A stretch of DNA of 60,769 nucleotides, filler included. It is 3 parts of 3 records of this genome, joined end to end, with 100 filler letters (N's around TTAATTAATTAA, not from the genome) between each part and the next. Parts side by side here need not be neighbours in the genome. Positions count along the whole stretch, not along the records: positions 14,620 to 37,381 come from SRR22947727_377; 2 more parts are not named here. The stretch is one strand, 5' to 3'. The position numbers and the translations under genes were made by a program. This document shows, one piece after another, positions 21,147-30,601 of this stretch. The first letter of the stretch is position 1; each line of letters starts with the position of its first letter. The notes beneath the pieces were generated by a model, which had not been told where the DNA came from, searched no databases, and was given only the letters and a program-made list of their open reading frames with translations.

Positions 21147-22283
21147 ATGTCTGTAAAGTCTTTCTTAATTCCACGCATAGCCGCCAAAATGCTGAGCAAA
21201 AAGAAACTTGACAAAAAACGGATACGGTTTGAACGCACTAGAATTAAAACAGGCGAGGAACACATTGTAGAGTTTTTTCATGATCCCTCTGACCCTTACT
21301 CGCAACTCCTCGAAAAAGTTCTACCGGCATTTACTAAACGATATGAAATCAATCTTCTGACACATTTAGTCGGCCCACCAGACGAAGGGGCAGCACCGGA
21401 AAGGAGGAAACTGGCAGAATATTCCAAGATGGATACTATGCGGCTAGCAAAAAAGGCGGGTATCGATTTTAAAATCGAAGAGCGAGCAGCAGCGGCTAAT
21501 ACCACTGTTGCAGATGCTAGGCGGGAAAAGCTTGGTCACTATCTTGGCGGAACTTTGTATTATGGGGGCGAATGGTATTGGGGACTTGATCGTCTGCATT
21601 ATCTTGAGGCGCGACTCATGGATATGGGGTTACGTCATGGCGGCAACAATAGAGATTTTATTTACTCCCCTCCGCTGAGCCCCTCCGAATTAGGACGTAC
21701 AAATGCCGACCTTCACTGGTACCTATCCTTTCGTTCACCTTATACAGCAATTGTTCGAAACCGCGTAAAATCACTCGCAGACGCTTATGGCGCAAACCTG
21801 AAAATCAGATTTGTCCTCCCCATGGTTATGCGTGGCCTTCCCGTCCCAAAAGCCAAGAAAAAATATATACCGCTTGACGCGGCTCGCGAAGCGCGCAGGC
21901 AAGGTGTTGACTTTGGAAGAGTTCTTGACCCGGTCGGAAGGCCTATTGAACTTGGCTACTCCTTATTGCCTTGGGCGCGTAATCAGGGGCGCGAGTATGA
22001 ATATGTCCAAGGGTGGCTAAAAGCCGTTTGGGCTGAGGGCATAGATGCAGGCTCAAAATCCGGCATGCAAAGTATTGTTGAATGCGCAGGTCTAAATTGG
22101 AATGAAGCGAAGAGTATTCTTGGCAATCAAGATTGGCGCCACGAAGCGGAAGCCAACCGCCTAGAAATGATGAAGCATGGTGTCTGGGGTGTACCTAGCT
22201 TTCGTGTTGGAAAAACGGTAACATGGGGTCAAGATCGACTCTGGGTTATAGAACACGCGCTACAAAAACTTACTAAAACATAA
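21147..22283 (+). CDS. Two-domain DsbA/HCCA-isomerase (GST-kappa-like) protein
   Basis: FFHDPSDPYS...YWGLDRL and SFRSPYT...WGVPSF...WGQDRL duplicated thioredoxin-like domains. Confidence 0.82.
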   Translation: MSVKSFLIPRIAAKMLSKKKLDKKRIRFERTRIKTGEEHIVEFFHDPSDPYSQLLEKVLPAFTKRYEINLLTHLVGPPDEGAAPERRKLAEYSKMDTMRLAKKAGIDFKIEERAAAANTTVADARREKLGHYLGGTLYYGGEWYWGLDRLHYLEARLMDMGLRHGGNNRDFIYSPPLSPSELGRTNADLHWYLSFRSPYTAIVRNRVKSLADAYGANLKIRFVLPMVMRGLPVPKAKKKYIPLDAAREARRQGVDFGRVLDPVGRPIELGYSLLPWARNQGREYEYVQGWLKAVWAEGIDAGSKSGMQSIVECAGLNWNEAKSILGNQDWRHEAEANRLEMMKHGVWGVPSFRVGKTVTWGQDRLWVIEHALQKLTKT

Positions 22284-22296
22284 GAAAGGCAATCAC

Positions 22297-22671
22297 ATGC
22301 TGAGAAAAATCCTAATATCAATTCCCATGGTATTTTGTATACTCATGGGAAGCCTTGCATTTCTATCACCCGATATTATTGGCGGTATTTTAGGTGTATC
22401 AGCCGAAAATTCAGGAGGTCGAGGGACTATTTCAGGCGATTTCGGCGCCATGTTCTTTACGGGCGCTGGCGCGGCAGCGCTTGCCCTATTTCAAGAAAAA
22501 TCAAATCTCCTATGGGTTTCAATTTCGCTTTTGGGTTTAACACTCCTAGGGCGATTATTTGAAATCACCTCAACGGGCATTGGTGAAACCACAATGCAGC
22601 CTATTGTGATCGAGGCTATCCTTGTCATTATGTTGCTCACCGCCCTCAAATTATCAAAAGAAGAGACTTAA
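22297..22671 (+). CDS. Small four-TM membrane protein (DUF4345-like)
   Basis: Four hydrophobic segments, GDFGAMF and GRL motifs, SD-like GAAAGG. Confidence 0.55.
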   Translation: MLRKILISIPMVFCILMGSLAFLSPDIIGGILGVSAENSGGRGTISGDFGAMFFTGAGAAALALFQEKSNLLWVSISLLGLTLLGRLFEITSTGIGETTMQPIVIEAILVIMLLTALKLSKEET

Positions 22672-22673
22672 TC

Positions 22674-23741
22674 ATGAAGAAAATTCTTATATTCGCATTG
22701 GGTTTATTGGCCATATTATTGATTGGCCGTCAGGTTTTTGTCCCCAAAATGGTAGAAAGAGGTTTTACAAGACTGGCCACGGCTAATGTCGGCATCGATA
22801 GAACGGCCGATCTTGCGGACGGGCTTCACGTTTACATGTGCGGCGCTGGGTCTCCTCTCGCTGATCCAAAGCGCAGCGGTCCGTGTATCGCTGTTTTAGC
22901 TGGAAAAAAGGCCTTTATTTTCGACGCTGGAACCAATGGTTCACAAAATCTTGGGCCAATGGGGTTCCCGACTGGGCGCGTCGAAGAAATTTTCCTGACG
23001 CACCTTCATTCAGATCATTTGGACGGACTAGGACAAATGCTTCTAGGCACATGGATTAATAGCGGCCGAACCTCACCAACCAAGGTCGCGGGCCCTGCAG
23101 GGACCGCCCAAGTTGTTGAAGGCTTTAATATGGCTTATCAAATCGATAGCACTTACCGCACAGCGCATCACGGCGCAAAGGTTGCTAATCCTGCTTCATT
23201 TGGCGCAACGGCCCGCGAAATTGATCTGTCTGGCGGCTCTAAAGTCGTTTATCAAAAAGATGGCGTCAAGATTACGGCGTTCCAAGTTACTCACGAACCC
23301 ATTCACCCCGCCTTTGGTTACCGTATTGACTATAAAGGACGTTCAGTCGCGATTTCCGGCGATACAGCTTATGATCCAAATATTGCGCTCGCCTCTAAAG
23401 ACGTGGATGTTTTATTCCATGAGGCGCTAAATATGGAGATGGTCAAAACCATGCAAGCCGCTGCCAAAACCAATGGCGCAAAAGGACTTGAGAAAATCTT
23501 GTTTGACATTCAGGACTATCACACCTCACCTGTGGATGCGGCAAAAACAGCGAAGCAAGCCGGGGCGAGCGACTTAGTGCTTTACCACATCGTACCCATG
23601 CTCCCGAGTGACGCCTTGATCCCGATGTTCGTACGGGGCGCTTCAGACGAATTTGACGGCAAAATTACAGTGTCGGAAGACGGCATGATTATCCGCCTTC
23701 CCGTTGACAGTGACGCTATTATTTACGAACATGGCTTATGA
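22674..23741 (+). CDS. MBL-fold metallo-hydrolase (RNase Z/AtsA arylsulfatase-like), N-terminal anchor
   Basis: THLHSDHLDG, GYRIDY, SGDT, LFHEA, YHT, LYHI. Confidence 0.87.
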   Translation: MKKILIFALGLLAILLIGRQVFVPKMVERGFTRLATANVGIDRTADLADGLHVYMCGAGSPLADPKRSGPCIAVLAGKKAFIFDAGTNGSQNLGPMGFPTGRVEEIFLTHLHSDHLDGLGQMLLGTWINSGRTSPTKVAGPAGTAQVVEGFNMAYQIDSTYRTAHHGAKVANPASFGATAREIDLSGGSKVVYQKDGVKITAFQVTHEPIHPAFGYRIDYKGRSVAISGDTAYDPNIALASKDVDVLFHEALNMEMVKTMQAAAKTNGAKGLEKILFDIQDYHTSPVDAAKTAKQAGASDLVLYHIVPMLPSDALIPMFVRGASDEFDGKITVSEDGMIIRLPVDSDAIIYEHGL

Positions 23742-24355
23742 GTAAAAAACCGAAACTAACTGTAGTTGTAGACAAAGAAAACCCGCAAGCCGACGGACGC
23801 CGACAACGCAGTCAACGCTCGCGAGAAAAAATCCTGAGGGCCTATTGGGAACTGATGCTAGACGGCGATATGGAACCGAGCGCGGCTGCAATCGCCGAAC
23901 ATGCTGGCGTTGGCCTAAGGTCTGTCTTCCGGCATTTCGAAGATCTTGACACACTTCTGCGCGATTTAATGCATCTTTGCTATGATGAAATCACTCCAGA
24001 ATTCATGACGCCTTTAAAAAGTAAGCATTGGAAAGACCAGCTTTCGGAGCTTGTAAATCGTAACGTCATGATTTGGGAACGCATTAAAGTGCCCAACATG
24101 GCGGGCGAAATCGGACGCTTCAAATCCCAAGTTCTGATGGATGATTACCAGCGTTCTCGTAATCTGGAAATATCAGGTATAAAGGCCATTCTGCCAAAAG
24201 ATATCGACAATTATGATAAGGTCCTTTTGGCCCTCGACGCCTCTATGTGTTTCTCAACAATGCGCCGTTTGCACGAAGACAGGAAACTCTCAATCCCCAA
24301 AGTCAAAGGCGTTATGATCATGATGGTTCAGTCAATTATTGACGGGATAGACTAA
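23738..24355 (+). CDS. TetR/AcrR family transcriptional regulator
   Basis: DGRRQRSQRSREKI...IAEHAGVGLRSVFRHFED HTH. Confidence 0.92.
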   Translation: MSKKPKLTVVVDKENPQADGRRQRSQRSREKILRAYWELMLDGDMEPSAAAIAEHAGVGLRSVFRHFEDLDTLLRDLMHLCYDEITPEFMTPLKSKHWKDQLSELVNRNVMIWERIKVPNMAGEIGRFKSQVLMDDYQRSRNLEISGIKAILPKDIDNYDKVLLALDASMCFSTMRRLHEDRKLSIPKVKGVMIMMVQSIIDGID

Positions 24356-24602
24356 TCATCTGACAGGTTAACTTTGGCTTTCGCTTTAGTTGGCGCGCTT
24401 TTTTGTATGTAATCACCCGTCTAGGGAATCCAGTACATCTTTTAAAAGTCCCGCGCGATCAAACATTTTTGGCGGAAAGGTCATCCCCATGTGCTTTTCA
24501 TATCATCCACATGACGACTATCTTCAGTAAAGCCGCCATCAACGGCCTTATCCAAGGCGGCATAGTCGACTCCTGCGTGATCCATTTAAGAATTTCAACA
24601 TC

Positions 24603-26360
24603 TCAGACTTTCTTCCTGCACCAGCGAAAAAAGCCAATAAGCAATGCCAGTAGAGCAAGACCAATCAACAGTATGAATTTCCCATGATGTGCGAACATCC
24701 GTTTTACAGCATTCTTACCGATTTGTTTTACCGAATCATAACCATCAGGCATGTCGAGAACGCCCATCTCAGCGGCATAGTCCTCGTAATGCGCTAGCAT
24801 ATTTTGCAGTATCTGTGGTTGCTCGGTGCTTAAGTCTTTCGTCTCACCCGGGTCTTCGGCCAAGTTAAATAAACGCCATTTCCCATCCCCAACGGGCAGA
24901 ATGCTCCGCAGGATTTTATAATCGCCTTTATAAAGAGCCGAGTTACCGGAGACCTCAATTGCGCGGATGTCATCATCCACATATACGCTTTGCGCCTTGC
25001 CTTTAAGAATTGGTAGCAGGCTACGTCCCGTCATGGGTATATAGCCTTGCACCGCGGGGCTAATACCAAGCATATCCATTAAGGTTGGCGTGACGTCTGT
25101 CACCATGGCTGGAGAATGAATACGGCTTGGTTCTATTCCGGGTCCTGCCATAATTAACGGCGCTCTTATGCCGCCTTCCGTGGCGTAAAATTTATAAAGC
25201 GAGCTTGGAGATGCCGCAGCCAGAGCCCATTCTGTTCCGATAAACCCCCAGCTCCCTTTTTCGCCTATTTTGCCCAAATCAATATTGTAACCATTTAACT
25301 TCATCCACAGTCCAAGGCGAAGATCATGATCACCGCGATTAGGTTCTGGACCATTGTCAGAGGTGATTACAAAAATCGTATTCTCATACTGGTCCTTATC
25401 TTTCAGGTAAGACACAAACCGACCAATATAGTGATCCATCGCGTCCAACATACCCGCATTAACCTCCATCCGCGCCGCATAGAGTGCCCGTGTTTCAACA
25501 TTAAGATCATCCCATTCCCGCGCATCATCAGGCATGGGTGCCAAGGGCGCGCCGCGCCTTATAAATCCAAGCTCTTGCGCCCGTTTATGCCTCTCAGCGC
25601 GAAGCACATGCCAGCCTTCATCAAATCGGCCTTTATATTTCGCGGTAAATTCGGGTGGGGCCTGAACAGGGATATGAATGGCTTGAAATGGGAGATAGGC
25701 TAGAAAGGGTTTTGAAGAGTCTGTCTCTTCCAAATAAGAGACCATCTTATCAACGATAAAGTTAGAAGAATAAAAATCTTCGGGAAGGCTAACCTCTACG
25801 CCATCTTCGAACCAAGGGGCATCAGCATAATAGGGGATATAAGATTTATCTTCCCAATTATCCGCACCTGAGGCCGCGAGCGCAAATGAGCGATCAAAAC
25901 CGTGATTTTGCGGCATCTCATTAGCCTCTTCCCCCATATGCCACTTCCCGCTCATCAGCGTGCGGTAGCCTTTATCCCTCAAGCGATCCGCTATCGTCAG
26001 AACGCTAGGTTCAAGCGCCATAGAATATCCGGTTTTTCCTTCTTGCTCAGCTGGCAATATCTCTGGGATAGTCGCGATGCCTGTCTTGTGATTATCAAGT
26101 CCAGTTAAAAGCATGGCCCGCGTCGGCGAGCACAGCGGCGATGTACGGTATTGCGTAAACATCACCCCGCGCGCGGCCAATGCGTCAATATTGGGCGTCT
26201 GCGCCTCCCCGCCATAAACGCCGAAATCCATCAGCGCAGAATCGTCCACAAGTATCATCACGACATTCGGGGATGATGTCTCTTGCGAAAGGTCTTGTGC
26301 ATGAGCGTTTTCAGAGAAGACTAGAAGCGCCAAGAGCAAAAATACCGACTTTAAATGCAC
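24603..26360 (-). CDS. Arylsulfatase (Cys-type formylglycine), signal peptide and C-terminal TM anchor
   Basis: CSPTRAMLLTG, GKWHMG, SDNG; likely GTG start at 26360 after GGAGAG. Confidence 0.9.
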   Translation of the reverse strand: MHLKSVFLLLALLVFSENAHAQDLSQETSSPNVVMILVDDSALMDFGVYGGEAQTPNIDALAARGVMFTQYRTSPLCSPTRAMLLTGLDNHKTGIATIPEILPAEQEGKTGYSMALEPSVLTIADRLRDKGYRTLMSGKWHMGEEANEMPQNHGFDRSFALAASGADNWEDKSYIPYYADAPWFEDGVEVSLPEDFYSSNFIVDKMVSYLEETDSSKPFLAYLPFQAIHIPVQAPPEFTAKYKGRFDEGWHVLRAERHKRAQELGFIRRGAPLAPMPDDAREWDDLNVETRALYAARMEVNAGMLDAMDHYIGRFVSYLKDKDQYENTIFVITSDNGPEPNRGDHDLRLGLWMKLNGYNIDLGKIGEKGSWGFIGTEWALAAASPSSLYKFYATEGGIRAPLIMAGPGIEPSRIHSPAMVTDVTPTLMDMLGISPAVQGYIPMTGRSLLPILKGKAQSVYVDDDIRAIEVSGNSALYKGDYKILRSILPVGDGKWRLFNLAEDPGETKDLSTEQPQILQNMLAHYEDYAAEMGVLDMPDGYDSVKQIGKNAVKRMFAHHGKFILLIGLALLALLIGFFRWCRKKV

Positions 26361-26397
26361 TTTAGTCTCTCCAATTATTGACAGCATTTATATATAA

Positions 26398-26414
26398 TGG
26401 CACAATGAGTGTCA
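26398..26414. promoter_or_regulatory. Operator motif copy 2 overlapping a sigma70 promoter for the arylsulfatase
   Basis: TGGCAC-aatga-GTGTCA; minus strand reads TTGACA-17 nt-TATAAA across it. Confidence 0.7.
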
Positions 26415-26438
26415 ATATTTACATAAGTGAGAATTACC

Positions 26439-27284
26439 ATGAAAAAAGGTCTGATAGGTCTGGGAATATTAGTGGCACTCGCCGCTATTTTCGCCATGGC
26501 GCTCCCCTCCATTTTGAAATCCCGCGGTCTTCATCCTGACTATGCCGGACCGAGTTATGAGCTTTCAGGTCAACGCGCTTTAATTATCTCAACCAGTCAC
26601 GGCGTCCTGAACAAGCCGGGCGAAACCAAAGGCAAAAAAACCGGCGTTTTCGGTTCAGAAATTTCAGTGCCTTATTATGATTTTCAAGACGCAGGCATGG
26701 ATGTTAATATCGCCAGTATTAAAGGCGGCACAATCCCGATTGATCCTATGTCGTACAAGTTCATGATTATTACTGATGCCGACAAACGCTCACGGAAAGA
26801 CGATGTTTTTCAAAACAAAGTCACAAAATCTTTGAAAATCGATAATGTCGATTTCACTGAGTATGATGTTATCTTTCTCGCGGGTGGATGGGGCGCGGCC
26901 TATGATTTGGGGCAATCCGAAGTCTTGGGCGAAAAAATCAGCAGCGCCTATTATGAGAGCAATGCCATCATTGGCGGTGTCTGCCACGGTCCGCTTGGAC
27001 TCATCAAAGCGAAAGATGAAAGCGGAAACCTCTTAATTGCAGGCCGGAAAATGTCAGGTGTTACGGATAAGCAAATCAAGGAATTAAAAATTGATTTCAC
27101 CCCTCTTCATCCCGAAGAAGCCCTGCGCGCAGCCGGCGCAAAATTTGAAGCCAGTACCGCCAAAAAAGACTTATTCGCCACGCACACAGTAGTCGATGAT
27201 GAAGGCCGTTTCGTAACGGGTCAAAACCAGAACTCAGGCCATGTCACAGCACATGAAATGATGCGCCTGGTCGCAGAAAGATAG
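26439..27284 (+). CDS. DJ-1/PfpI family (type 1 glutamine amidotransferase-like) protein with N-terminal TM
   Basis: GSEISVPY, AGGWGAAYDL, VCHGP nucleophile, TGQNQNS. Confidence 0.87.
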   Translation: MKKGLIGLGILVALAAIFAMALPSILKSRGLHPDYAGPSYELSGQRALIISTSHGVLNKPGETKGKKTGVFGSEISVPYYDFQDAGMDVNIASIKGGTIPIDPMSYKFMIITDADKRSRKDDVFQNKVTKSLKIDNVDFTEYDVIFLAGGWGAAYDLGQSEVLGEKISSAYYESNAIIGGVCHGPLGLIKAKDESGNLLIAGRKMSGVTDKQIKELKIDFTPLHPEEALRAAGAKFEASTAKKDLFATHTVVDDEGRFVTGQNQNSGHVTAHEMMRLVAER

Positions 27285-27293
27285 AGAGAAATA

Positions 27294-27458
27294 ATGACCG
27301 AAACAAAACCCTGTAAACGCAAAGCCCATAATCGCCATGACGAATGCCTGCCCGCTCTGCGCCAGCGATATAAAAACCTATCCAGCGATACCAAAGACCT
27401 TTTGGATAGCCTGCTAAAAGACACAGGGTGTTATGACTATCTGGCGGCAGCTGATTAA
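27294..27458 (+). pseudogene. 54-aa mini-ORF, probable internally deleted GST remnant
   Basis: MTETKP...CLPALRQRYKNLSSDTKDLLDSLLKDTGCYDYL resembles the C-terminus of the GST at 30598-31623; TAATG-coupled to the next gene. Confidence 0.55.
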
Positions 27459-28150
27459 TGGCAAAAGCTTTGAAATGGGGACGGCGCATAATCGGGCTGC
27501 TCTTCTTCTTATTCATCTGTCTTTTCTGGCTGGCTTATTGCTCACCGCGTCCCGCCAATATGACGGACCCGGCCGTTTTGGCAGGGGATGGCAGTAAGGT
27601 CGATTACTGCGCCCTCCCCGAACTTGACGGCTCAGGCCTGATGGCTGTGGATATCCCAAAAGGCAATACGCCGGGCTGTGCCTATGAGCAATTCCCCATG
27701 CCTATTCTGGCCGATTGCACCGAGCCGCTCGTGGACGGCGCGCAAGACATTCGCGGGCTTTGGAAGGCGGTCTCCGGCAAGATCGGGCATATTGAACGGG
27801 TCGAGCAATGCGGCGCGCGCACTGTCATCACAACATCCGGCATCATCCACGACCTAGGCCCCAATAGTACAGGCGGCGTCGGCTCCAATGACACAGAAGG
27901 CTCGGTCAGCTTTATCATGGGCGGCAAAGACTACTGCATGCGCACCTCCGCCAGCGCGGTCTGGCGCAATGGCAAGCTAGAGTTCAACGCCTTTGGCTTT
28001 GGTCCTGTCGTTGTTCGGCGCTATCGAGACCGCAACGATATGATTTGGGAATATATCGACGGGTCTATTACGCGAATGGAGCGGATATGCACGCTTCCGC
28101 CAGAGCAAAAAACACCGAAACCAAGGGGTAAGCGCAGGGTGTTATTTTAA
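27458..28150 (+). CDS. Hypothetical Cys-rich membrane-anchored protein
   Basis: 230-aa ORF, N-terminal TM, several Cys, coupled start. Confidence 0.7.
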   Translation: MAKALKWGRRIIGLLFFLFICLFWLAYCSPRPANMTDPAVLAGDGSKVDYCALPELDGSGLMAVDIPKGNTPGCAYEQFPMPILADCTEPLVDGAQDIRGLWKAVSGKIGHIERVEQCGARTVITTSGIIHDLGPNSTGGVGSNDTEGSVSFIMGGKDYCMRTSASAVWRNGKLEFNAFGFGPVVVRRYRDRNDMIWEYIDGSITRMERICTLPPEQKTPKPRGKRRVLF

Positions 28151-28155
28151 TCGCC

Positions 28156-28899
28156 ATGGCTGAGAAAATCTTCCTTCACGGCGTCCCCGATACGCCTGAA
28201 ATATGGCGTCCATTATTTGAGACGCTTAATCTAGACCGCACGCCCGAAAATGCTCCTACACTTCCAGGCTTTACAGGCCCACCACCAAATAATTTTGGTA
28301 AAACAAAACAAGCCTATGTGAAATGGTATATTACCCACATTGAGTCTGTGGCGAACCGGTCGGGACCGGTGGATCTAGTAGCCCATGACTGGGGCGCTCT
28401 TATCACGCTTCGCGCTATCAGCCTAAGACCTGAACTTATCCGAAGTTGGGATATCATAAGTGCAGTTCCCCACCCGGATAATCTTTGGCATTCAACCGCG
28501 AAGATGTGGCAAACGCCAATTATTGGCGAACTTATGATGCTATCGACCACGAAGAAACGCATTGAGGCACTCCTGAAAGACAACCATCTGCCGCCCAATT
28601 TAGCCAAGCATGAAGCTGCCGCCTTTGGGCGTCATATGCGTAAGTCTATTTTGTATTTGTATCGTTCGGCCAGAATACTAGGCACCGACTGGTATCCTGA
28701 TTTTGAGAAGCTACCACAGAATGGGCTAATACTTTGGGGCGAGAAAGACAAATTTGGGCCCGCAAAAATGGGAAAGATATTTGCTCAGCGTTACAACCTG
28801 CCCTTTATCAAAATCGAGAATACAGGCCACTGGCCATTCGTTCAAAATCCCAAATCAGTTGCGGATCACCTTAATCATCACTGGACGGAAGCAAAATAG
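28156..28899 (+). CDS. Alpha/beta hydrolase (epoxide hydrolase/dehalogenase-like)
   Basis: LHGVPD, AHDWGA, WGEKD, TGHWP. Confidence 0.85.
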   Translation: MAEKIFLHGVPDTPEIWRPLFETLNLDRTPENAPTLPGFTGPPPNNFGKTKQAYVKWYITHIESVANRSGPVDLVAHDWGALITLRAISLRPELIRSWDIISAVPHPDNLWHSTAKMWQTPIIGELMMLSTTKKRIEALLKDNHLPPNLAKHEAAAFGRHMRKSILYLYRSARILGTDWYPDFEKLPQNGLILWGEKDKFGPAKMGKIFAQRYNLPFIKIENTGHWPFVQNPKSVADHLNHHWTEAK

Positions 28900-28927
28900 A
28901 ATTACAGGTGACTATTAGCACCACCTC

Positions 28928-30601
28928 TCAATTCGGCCACCACGCCACGACATCATCTTCCGCCGCCTTGTCCGCTAGCGTCTTATCAATCTGGATTGGG
29001 ACTTCCATTGAATAAGGGTAGAGCGTTGGAATGCGTCCGGCTTGGTGTTTCTTTAGGAGCGCTGTGAGCTGTGCGAGTTTTTCCGGATTGGTGTCCGCGA
29101 GGTTATTTTTCTCGGTTGGGTCATCGGCCAAATTATACAGCCAGTTCTTATCGCGGCGGCCTTCGTGTTGAAGCTTCCAATCACCTGCTCGCACGACTTG
29201 CAGATAGCCGCTCTGCCAATAGAGCGCATCGTCTTCGCGGGTGAAACCGCCATCATCCGCAATGAGGCTTAGCATATTGCGGCCATCGATTTCCACATCT
29301 GGTAGGTCTGCTCCGGCTGCGGCCATAAGTGTGGGCATGACATCAATATGGGCGACGGGCGTGTCGATTTCAGTCCCAGCCGCGATACGGGCGGGCCATT
29401 TTACAAACATGGGCGCGCGGATGCCGCCTTCAAACATGGTCAGCTTCCAGCCGCGATAAGGGGCGTTGATATTGTCGACGCCGATATAGCCGGCCCCGCC
29501 ATTATCGCTTGAGAAGACAATTATGGTATTATCAGCAAGGCCCTCCTCTTCAAGCTTGTCCATGACGCGTCCGACAGACCGATCGAGAGCGCGGAGCATA
29601 CCGCCATAAACTTTCAAGCGGTGGGTGGCGGTCTCACCTAGAGCCGCGTCTACGGCGTCATAATCGGCTTTTGTTGATTGCAGAGGCGTGTGGACGCCCC
29701 AATGGGCCAGGTATAAAAAGAAGGGGCGGTTTTTATTGGCCTCAATCACTTTTAGGGACTCATCTGTCCAGTAATCTGTCAAATAGTCGCCGGGCCGGAA
29801 AGGCTCTCCGCCATTAAAACTATTGGCAAAATCACCCCGCGCCCAGAGGAATTTATCAATCGGGTCAAAGTCGAGTTCTGCATTTACGACATTCTCATCG
29901 TCTTTGGGCAAATAATACATATCATCCATATGCAGGGACTCTTCAAAGCCCTGATTATGGGCAGCGCGGTCGCCATATCCGAGATGCCATTTTCCGATAT
30001 GGACAGTATGATAGCCTTTATCCTTGAGCGTTTCGGCAATCGTAATTTCTTCTGAAGGCAGGCCTTGGCCATAGAAATCCGGCACATCGCCTTCAGGTTT
30101 CGTGTAGACATTACGCGGCAACGGACTATCGCTTTTGGATTTCAGGTCATTGGCAATCATCGTCACCATACGGCCCATGCCCGGCGGCGTGGGCGTATAT
30201 TCATAACCCGTCCGCGTGGGGTAGCGCCCCGTCATCAACATAGCCCGAGACGGCGCGCAGGTCGCATTGCCAGCATAGGCTTGGGTGAAAATAGCCCCTT
30301 CACTTGCAAGGCGATCTATATTAGGCGTGGATATTTTTCCGCTGGCTAGACCACCGCCAAATGTCGAGATGTCGTTGATACCAAGATCATCGGCAAGAAT
30401 GAAAACGATATTAGGTGAACTATTTTCAGCGGTAGTGTCTGGCCCTTGTGCCCAATCAATATTTATAGTCGGTCCAACCTCTGGCTTCCCTTGGGATGTC
30501 ACGCGCTTAAGAATTATATCGACGCGGTTTTGATAGACATAAGTCCCGCCAATAATGGCCGCGAGCCCCAGCCCCGTTAAGAGTTTCCAACGCAATTTCA
30601 T
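28928..30601 (-). CDS. Sulfatase (Cys-type formylglycine) with N-terminal anchor
   Basis: ILADDLG, CAPSRAMLMTG, GKWHLG, SDNGG, EGGIR. Confidence 0.92.
   Translation of the reverse strand: MKLRWKLLTGLGLAAIIGGTYVYQNRVDIILKRVTSQGKPEVGPTINIDWAQGPDTTAENSSPNIVFILADDLGINDISTFGGGLASGKISTPNIDRLASEGAIFTQAYAGNATCAPSRAMLMTGRYPTRTGYEYTPTPPGMGRMVTMIANDLKSKSDSPLPRNVYTKPEGDVPDFYGQGLPSEEITIAETLKDKGYHTVHIGKWHLGYGDRAAHNQGFEESLHMDDMYYLPKDDENVVNAELDFDPIDKFLWARGDFANSFNGGEPFRPGDYLTDYWTDESLKVIEANKNRPFFLYLAHWGVHTPLQSTKADYDAVDAALGETATHRLKVYGGMLRALDRSVGRVMDKLEEEGLADNTIIVFSSDNGGAGYIGVDNINAPYRGWKLTMFEGGIRAPMFVKWPARIAAGTEIDTPVAHIDVMPTLMAAAGADLPDVEIDGRNMLSLIADDGGFTREDDALYWQSGYLQVVRAGDWKLQHEGRRDKNWLYNLADDPTEKNNLADTNPEKLAQLTALLKKHQAGRIPTLYPYSMEVPIQIDKTLADKAAEDDVVAWWPN

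Noticed and set aside
24356-24602. Coding-like fragments on the minus strand after the arylsulfatase, and the 24403-24687 plus-strand ORF
   Set aside because: Short and interrupted; possibly a decayed gene, but I cannot assign homology.
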